A DNA stretch of 50,983 bases from Candidatus Latescibacterota bacterium (lineage in GTDB: Bacteria > JAAXHH01 > JABIQT01), in the NCBI GenBank assembly GCA_018667995.1, contig JABIQT010000051.1, positions 1 through 50,983 of the forward strand. The letters are read 5' to 3'. How positions within the stretch are numbered: position 1 is the first letter of the stretch; each line of letters starts with the position of its first letter. Made by a program: the position numbers and the translations under genes. Below, piece by piece: positions 45,745 through 50,983 of this stretch. The notes below the pieces were generated by a model. That model did not search any database. It was not told the DNA's origin and was given only the letters and a program-made list of their open reading frames with translations.

Positions 45745-46362
45745 ATGTTTACAGGAATCATTGAGACCCAGGGAACGATCGAGACGATAGATCGCACTGA
45801 GACTGACATGACTGTTAGTATCGAGGCGCCGGAAATCACGGGAGATACTAATATTGGTGCCAGCATAGCGGTCAATGGGACCTGTCTGACCGTTGTCACA
45901 ATGGGCGCCAGTCAATTCACCGTTCAACTGGTACAAGAAACAATAGAGCGAACCAACCTGGGCCTTCTCGCCATTGGGGATGCCGTCAATCTTGAAAGAA
46001 CGATGAAATTATCTGACCGGATAGATGGTCATATCGTTCAGGGGCATGTGGATGGAGTCGGACGAATCTCAGGTCGTGAGAACCGCGGAAACAGCATCTG
46101 GTATACCATTGAAATTCCGGTCCATTTATCGCCGTATCTCATTGAGAAAGGGTCAATTGCTATCGATGGAATTAGCTTGACAATAGCCGATCTCGCCGAT
46201 AATATGTGTGCCGTGGCAATCATCCCACACACCGCAGAAATCACTACGTTCGGCACAAGAAAAACCGGCGACTCTGTGAACATTGAAGTGGATATGATCA
46301 GCAAGTATGTGGAGTCTCTCCTGCGTGCTGGTCGGATACCCTCCGACCATGCGGTTGGATAG
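45745..46362 (+). CDS. ribE: Riboflavin synthase (alpha chain)
   Basis: Begins MFTGIIE, and has two lumazine-binding repeats (GASIAVNGTCLTV / GSIAIDGISLTI). Confidence 0.9.
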   Translation: MFTGIIETQGTIETIDRTETDMTVSIEAPEITGDTNIGASIAVNGTCLTVVTMGASQFTVQLVQETIERTNLGLLAIGDAVNLERTMKLSDRIDGHIVQGHVDGVGRISGRENRGNSIWYTIEIPVHLSPYLIEKGSIAIDGISLTIADLADNMCAVAIIPHTAEITTFGTRKTGDSVNIEVDMISKYVESLLRAGRIPSDHAVG

Positions 46363-46405
46363 TTATCTCCAATACAAAAAATAATGCGATGTAAGGATCG
46401 AATAG

Positions 46406-47656
46406 ATGTCGGTTTTCTGCAGTATCGCCGAGGCAATTGAGGAGATCAAAGCGGGGCGCATCCTCGTCGTCTGCGATGATGAGGACCGCGAAAATGAGGG
46501 CGATTTCATAATGGCGGCCGATCGGGTCACCCCTGAGACGATTAACTTCATGGCTGTCTATGGTCGCGGTCTGATCTGTCTCCCAACGACCCGTCAACGG
46601 CTTGAAGAGCTAAAGATTCCCGCCATGGTCGATGACGATCAGAATACAGCCATATTAGGCACACGGTTCACGATCTCCGTGGATGCCGTGAATGGCACCA
46701 CGACCGGAATATCTGCCCATGACCGATCCGAAACTATCCGCGTCTTCGTTCGTGAGGAAAGCCGACCAGAGGATTTGGCACGTCCAGGACACATCTTCCC
46801 GCTTCAGGCATTCGATGGCGGAGTCCTGAGACGCTCGGGGCATACCGAGGCCACGGTCGACTTGGCTCGTATGGCCGGACTCTATCCGGCGGGTGTGCTC
46901 TGCGAGATCATGGATGACGATGGTTCCATGGCAAGAATGCCAAAGTTGATGGAAATCGCAGAGGCCCACGACCTAAAGATCATCACCATAAAAGACTTGA
47001 TCGCGTATCGCAAGAAAACTGAGCGCCTGATCAAGCGAATCGTTACAACGCCAATGCCCAGCAGGTATGGTGAGTTTACCTCCCATCTGTACGAGGACAC
47101 ACTCACGGGTGAACACCACGTGGCCCTGGTAAAAGGGGATGTGGCGGATGCGAAAGATGTCCTGGTTCGCGTCCATTCTCAATGTCTGACAGGTGATGTT
47201 TTCGGGTCCCTCCGGTGTGACTGTGGTGAGCAGCTACAGAAAGCGCTCCAACAGATCAATGATGCCGGGCGGGGAGTCCTGCTCTATATGCGTCAAGAAG
47301 GACGGGGAATTGGTCTGGCGAATAAACTGCGTGCCTATGCCCTTCAGGATCAAGGGCACGACACAGTTGAAGCCAACCTCCAACTCGGACTTCCCGTCGA
47401 TGCCAGAGACTACGGCATTGGAGCTCAGATTCTGTCGGATATCGGACTCACATCCATCCGGATTATGACCAATAATCCCGACAAACGGATTGGTATTGAG
47501 GGTTACGGACTTACGGTAGTTGATCGGATAGCCCTAGAGACCTCCCCCAATGAATACAATGCCCGGTATCTCGCCACGAAACGAGGTAAACTAGGTCACC
47601 TACTCAGCGAATTCGATGAGGATATGATCCAGGAGAAAACCAAGGTCGACAGTTAG
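46406..47656 (+). CDS. ribBA: Bifunctional 3,4-dihydroxy-2-butanone-4-phosphate synthase / GTP cyclohydrolase II
   Basis: DHBP synthase block (DDEDRENEGDFIMAA, RSGHTEA) fused to GTP cyclohydrolase II (VRVHSQCLTGDVFGSLRCDCGEQL). Confidence 0.9.
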   Translation: MSVFCSIAEAIEEIKAGRILVVCDDEDRENEGDFIMAADRVTPETINFMAVYGRGLICLPTTRQRLEELKIPAMVDDDQNTAILGTRFTISVDAVNGTTTGISAHDRSETIRVFVREESRPEDLARPGHIFPLQAFDGGVLRRSGHTEATVDLARMAGLYPAGVLCEIMDDDGSMARMPKLMEIAEAHDLKIITIKDLIAYRKKTERLIKRIVTTPMPSRYGEFTSHLYEDTLTGEHHVALVKGDVADAKDVLVRVHSQCLTGDVFGSLRCDCGEQLQKALQQINDAGRGVLLYMRQEGRGIGLANKLRAYALQDQGHDTVEANLQLGLPVDARDYGIGAQILSDIGLTSIRIMTNNPDKRIGIEGYGLTVVDRIALETSPNEYNARYLATKRGKLGHLLSEFDEDMIQEKTKVDS

Positions 47657-47680
47657 ATTCAGTAGGTGAAGGAGAGATCA

Positions 47681-48160
47681 GTGGCAAACGTATATGAAGG
47701 CGGCTTGACCAATGCCGGAAGCGGCAGGTTTGGGATTGTAGTGAGCCGTTTTAACGAATTCATCAATGTACGATTACTGGATGGTGCCCTCGATTGCCTT
47801 CGCAGACATGGTGTGGAGGATGGTAATATCGATGTGGCTTGGGTGCCTGGTGCGTTCGAGATTCCAGTCGTCGCCCGCAAGCTAGCCACATCAGGCAAGT
47901 ACAGCGCCGTAATATGTCTCGGAACTGTAATACGTGGCGCCACCGCCCATTTCGACCATGTGGCCAACGGTGCCACGAGCGGTATTGCAGCCGCGTCCAT
48001 GGATTCTGATGTTCCGGTCATGTTCGGTGTTTTGACCACGGATACCATTGAGCAGGCTATTGAGCGTGCAGGTACCAAAGCAGGAAACAAGGGCTGGGAG
48101 GTGGCTCTCGGTGCCATCGAAATGGCAGACCTGATGACTAGGTTGAGCCCCTCCAAATGA
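47681..48160 (+). CDS. ribH: 6,7-dimethyl-8-ribityllumazine synthase
   Basis: I prefer the GTG at 47681 (AAGGAG 6 nt upstream). The track ORF starts at 47666. Family pattern [13 protein letters not shown]...WVPGAFEIP...[16 protein letters not shown]. Confidence 0.85.
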   Translation: MANVYEGGLTNAGSGRFGIVVSRFNEFINVRLLDGALDCLRRHGVEDGNIDVAWVPGAFEIPVVARKLATSGKYSAVICLGTVIRGATAHFDHVANGATSGIAAASMDSDVPVMFGVLTTDTIEQAIERAGTKAGNKGWEVALGAIEMADLMTRLSPSK

Positions 48161-48591
48161 GACGTGACAGAGCACAGGAAAGACGCCGCGGCCGCGAACT
48201 AGCCTTACAGGCGTTATATGCCTCTACGCAGACGGAAACACCTGTATCCATTGCAATTGAACGGTTACCAGGTTGGTCTCTCGCATCGGACTCCGCCAGG
48301 CAATTTGCCAAGATGCTGATTGATCGACTTCGCTTACACGACGCTGATATTGAGAAGGCACTGGGGCAAGTCCTTCATCATTGGGATCCCGAGCGTATTG
48401 CCCGCGTTGACGATTGCATTATCAGGCTGGCCACATGTGAATTGATGTTCTGTCCGGATATCCCCTCCGCCGTATCTATCAATGAGGGTATTGAAATGGC
48501 CAAAAAGTACAGTACGGAACAGTCTGGCCGATTTGTAAACGGTATTCTCGATGCCATTTCATCTCAGACCCTGGCTGCACAGGTCCCTTGA
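48157..48591 (+). CDS. nusB: Transcription antitermination factor NusB
   Basis: 144 aa with an [14 protein letters not shown] start and the standard position after ribH. Its start overlaps the ribH stop by 4 nt. Confidence 0.85.
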   Translation: MRRDRAQERRRGRELALQALYASTQTETPVSIAIERLPGWSLASDSARQFAKMLIDRLRLHDADIEKALGQVLHHWDPERIARVDDCIIRLATCELMFCPDIPSAVSINEGIEMAKKYSTEQSGRFVNGILDAISSQTLAAQVP

Positions 48592-48635
48592 ACTTGGTGC
48601 TTTCCGAGGTGTAATACTCAAAGGAAGGAATCGGG

Positions 48636-49367
48636 GTGCGCTACGGTCTTTTTTCAGACATTCACGGTAACTTGGAAGCCCTGCAGGCCGTGACGGCTGC
48701 TCTGAATGAAGAGAACGTCGACATATTCTGGTGCCTGGGCGACATTGTGGGTTACGGGGCCAATCCCAACGAATGCCTTGAGCAGGTTTGGGACACGACC
48801 TCAGACGTTATAGCCGGAAACCACGATTTCGCAGCCGTCGGCAAGGTCGACTTGACCTACTTCAACCGAAATGCTGCTGAAGCGGCCCTATGGACCATGC
48901 AGAATCTGTCGCGGGCTGGAAGCAGTTATCTGAGCAATCTGCCCTTCGTGCTTCGAAATGGCGAGGTTATGGCAGTACATGCAACTCCTTCCGAACCGGG
49001 AAAATGGGGTTACATCCTTTCGCTGTCCATCGCGGAAATGGAGTTCGGTGCTTTACCAGCAGACGTCACCGTGTGTTTTGTAGGACATACACATGACCCG
49101 GTTATTTTTTACTCTGACGACGAAGACTACGGAGTAGTGCCGGGAATGCAGTGTAATTTGATACCCGGTTTACGATACATCATAAATGTGGGAAGCGTGG
49201 GCCAACCCAGAGACGGAGATCCTCGGGCCGCCTACTGCGTTTATGACTCCGACACTTCCTTGGTGGAGATAAAGAGAGTCGTCTACGACGTGGACGAAGC
49301 TCAGAAGAAGATCCGAAAAGCAGGACTGCCGGAGTTCCTCGCGACCCGCCTTGCCTTTGGCCAGTGA
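48636..49367 (+). CDS. Metallophosphoesterase family protein (YfcE/MJ0936-like)
   Basis: GTG start. Motifs DIHGN, GDIVGYG, GNHD and GHTH in the canonical order. Confidence 0.75.
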   Translation: MRYGLFSDIHGNLEALQAVTAALNEENVDIFWCLGDIVGYGANPNECLEQVWDTTSDVIAGNHDFAAVGKVDLTYFNRNAAEAALWTMQNLSRAGSSYLSNLPFVLRNGEVMAVHATPSEPGKWGYILSLSIAEMEFGALPADVTVCFVGHTHDPVIFYSDDEDYGVVPGMQCNLIPGLRYIINVGSVGQPRDGDPRAAYCVYDSDTSLVEIKRVVYDVDEAQKKIRKAGLPEFLATRLAFGQ

Positions 49368-49449
49368 CTAGCTTGGTCTTTCCAGTCACGGTGCCCGTCG
49401 ATAGTCGGTACTGGCTGCCCGCAACTAACAATTCTTAAGGTACTACCCA

Positions 49450-50983
49450 ATGAACCAGTCACGAATGCTCTACTTTGTTTTTGCCGGAATAGCTTTTATT
49501 GCCTCTTTCGTCGCTTACCTGATTACGGTGGCACCGACGGTGCCATTCTGGGACGGCGGCGAATTTATTGCAGCCTCGTACATCCTGGGCATACCACATC
49601 CACCCGGATCGCCACTGTACATTCTTCTGGGTCGCCTCTTTTCCGAACTTCCCTTTGGAGAGGTGGCCTGGCGAGTTAACATGTCGTCCGGCCTGTTCAG
49701 TGCGCTGACGGTGGTGATGGTCTATCTCATTGTAGTAAAAGCTGTGAAGATATGGCGGGGCACGCTCGATACCCTCGCAGATCAACTGGCGGCCCATTGT
49801 GGCGGTCTGGTGGGCGCATTAATGTTGGCCTTCTCCGATACATTCTGGTTCAATGCCGTTGAGGCGGAGGTCTATGCTCTAGCCATGCTTATCATGACCG
49901 CTTGCACCTGGTTGACCTTTCATTGGGTAGAACGATTTGACAAACCTGGTAGCGAACGCTATCTCCTCCTCATAGGCTATCTCGCCTTCCTCGGCATAGC
50001 CGTTCACATGTTTACGCTGCTAATTGCCCCTGCCGTGTTCCTCTGTGCGATTGTAACAGACCGCAGGGAGATTGGTACACCATTGACGGCTGGCCTGTTT
50101 GCCGTTATGGGCCTACTCATGGGTAGCGTGGTAGCATCCATAGATCCATTTTTCACAGCCATACCATTGACGCTGATAGGCCTTGTCGCCCTCAAGGGTC
50201 GCGTCCCTTGGGCATGGTTCCTCGTTGGCATTATTGCATCGCTTCTTTTGCTGGCTATAGGATCGGCCGGAGCCGGTGGCTTTAACGAACGTCCAATTGC
50301 ATTTGGTGACTTCGTGATCACGTGGGGCAGCCTGTTATTCACTTTTATGCTCGTCTCCCTCGCACTGCTACTCGTATCAGCTACCTCAAATACTCCTACG
50401 CGCTACGGCTGGAATTTCTGGGCATCCATGCTCGTCCTCGTTACGATCGGTTACAGTGTTAATTTCTACGTTCCCATCAGATCGAGTCAGCAGCCAGCAA
50501 TAAACGAGAATAATCCATCAAACTGGAAAAACTTTGAGGGTTTTCTTGAACGTAAACAGTACGGCCAAGAAAGTATGCTGGTCTCGATGTTCAATAGGAA
50601 GGGCAGTCTCTCTTCCCAGTTCGGGGATGGCGAAAATATCGGATTCTGGCGCTTTTTTTCACGCCAATACGGTAGTCCCGATTTCCCCTCGTGGATGTTT
50701 CCATTGTTGCTCGGACTATTTGGTCTTATGGCGCTGTGGCGTTACGATAAACGTCTCGCGATATTCATGTCAGCCATCATACTTATCTGCAGTGTGGGAC
50801 TGATCCTGTACATGAATTTCTCGGATGGATCTCGCGGTATTCAGAGGGAGGTTCGCGAACGGGATTACTTCTTTACCCCTGCTTTCGTGTACTTTTCTAT
50901 CCTCATGGGACTTGGAGTTGTCCAGGTATTGGCCCAGATAAAAGGATGGGTGAGCGACCTCAAGCTCCCTGCCGTTCCGATCA
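49450..50983 (+). CDS. DUF2723 (glycosyltransferase-like, polytopic membrane) protein, 5' partial, runs off the right edge
   Basis: It is absent from the ORF track because no stop occurs before the window end. My translation from ATG 49450 gives MNQSRMLYFVFAGIAFIASFVAYLITVAPTVPFWDGGEFIAASYILGIPHPPGSPLYILLGRLF..., the characteristic DUF2723 N-terminus. Multiple hydrophobic spans follow, and the frame stays open for 511 codons. Confidence 0.7.
   Translation, partial: MNQSRMLYFVFAGIAFIASFVAYLITVAPTVPFWDGGEFIAASYILGIPHPPGSPLYILLGRLFSELPFGEVAWRVNMSSGLFSALTVVMVYLIVVKAVKIWRGTLDTLADQLAAHCGGLVGALMLAFSDTFWFNAVEAEVYALAMLIMTACTWLTFHWVERFDKPGSERYLLLIGYLAFLGIAVHMFTLLIAPAVFLCAIVTDRREIGTPLTAGLFAVMGLLMGSVVASIDPFFTAIPLTLIGLVALKGRVPWAWFLVGIIASLLLLAIGSAGAGGFNERPIAFGDFVITWGSLLFTFMLVSLALLLVSATSNTPTRYGWNFWASMLVLVTIGYSVNFYVPIRSSQQPAINENNPSNWKNFEGFLERKQYGQESMLVSMFNRKGSLSSQFGDGENIGFWRFFSRQYGSPDFPSWMFPLLLGLFGLMALWRYDKRLAIFMSAIILICSVGLILYMNFSDGSRGIQREVRERDYFFTPAFVYFSILMGLGVVQVLAQIKGWVSDLKLPAVPI

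Noticed and set aside
1-50983. Mobile elements, CRISPR arrays, tRNA/rRNA genes and prophage or defence-island signatures
   Set aside because: I found no transposase, integrase or recombinase ORFs, no regularly spaced repeats and no tRNA-like cloverleaf candidates in the intergenic regions I read. This is a by-eye negative. tRNAscan-SE, cmsearch and an IS search would confirm it.

Overview
About 51 kb of a Gram-negative bacterial chromosome. The gene content (LptD, DUF2723, GWxTD-domain proteins, LytS/LytTR) suggests an FCB-superphylum or Gemmatimonadota-like lineage, but taxonomy cannot be settled from this window. I found no rRNA, tRNA, CRISPR array, transposase or integrase. The left third (1-12.2 kb) holds ordinary genes: a MoxR tail plus DUF58, lptD, an orphan MalK-type ABC ATPase, an S1/P1-like nuclease, an amidohydrolase, an M48 peptidase, a kinase-like protein, a sigma-54 activator and era. 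The middle (12.4-26.7 kb, plus strand) holds six co-directional, tightly packed paralogues encoding signal-peptide + TPR + GWxTD-like proteins of unknown function. Converging on that array (26.7-37.7 kb, minus strand) is the most interesting locus, a lasso-type RiPP cluster. It has two AsnB-like cyclase paralogues, a split B1 (PqqD/RRE) and B2 protease, two ABC exporters flanking a PF14907-like nucleotidyltransferase, and three short precursor-like ORFs. Two of these ORFs are below the 60-aa cut-off of the ORF track. All three carry the lasso leader pattern YxxPxLx3Gx5Tx, but the sequence after it has no Asp/Glu at positions 7-9. Two of them end in an extremely cationic RGWDKRRRR tail. The right third holds a cytoplasmic sulfatase, pckA, an outer-membrane-like protein, LytS/LytTR, ribD-ribE-ribBA-ribH-nusB, a metallophosphoesterase and a DUF2723 gene that runs off the window edge.
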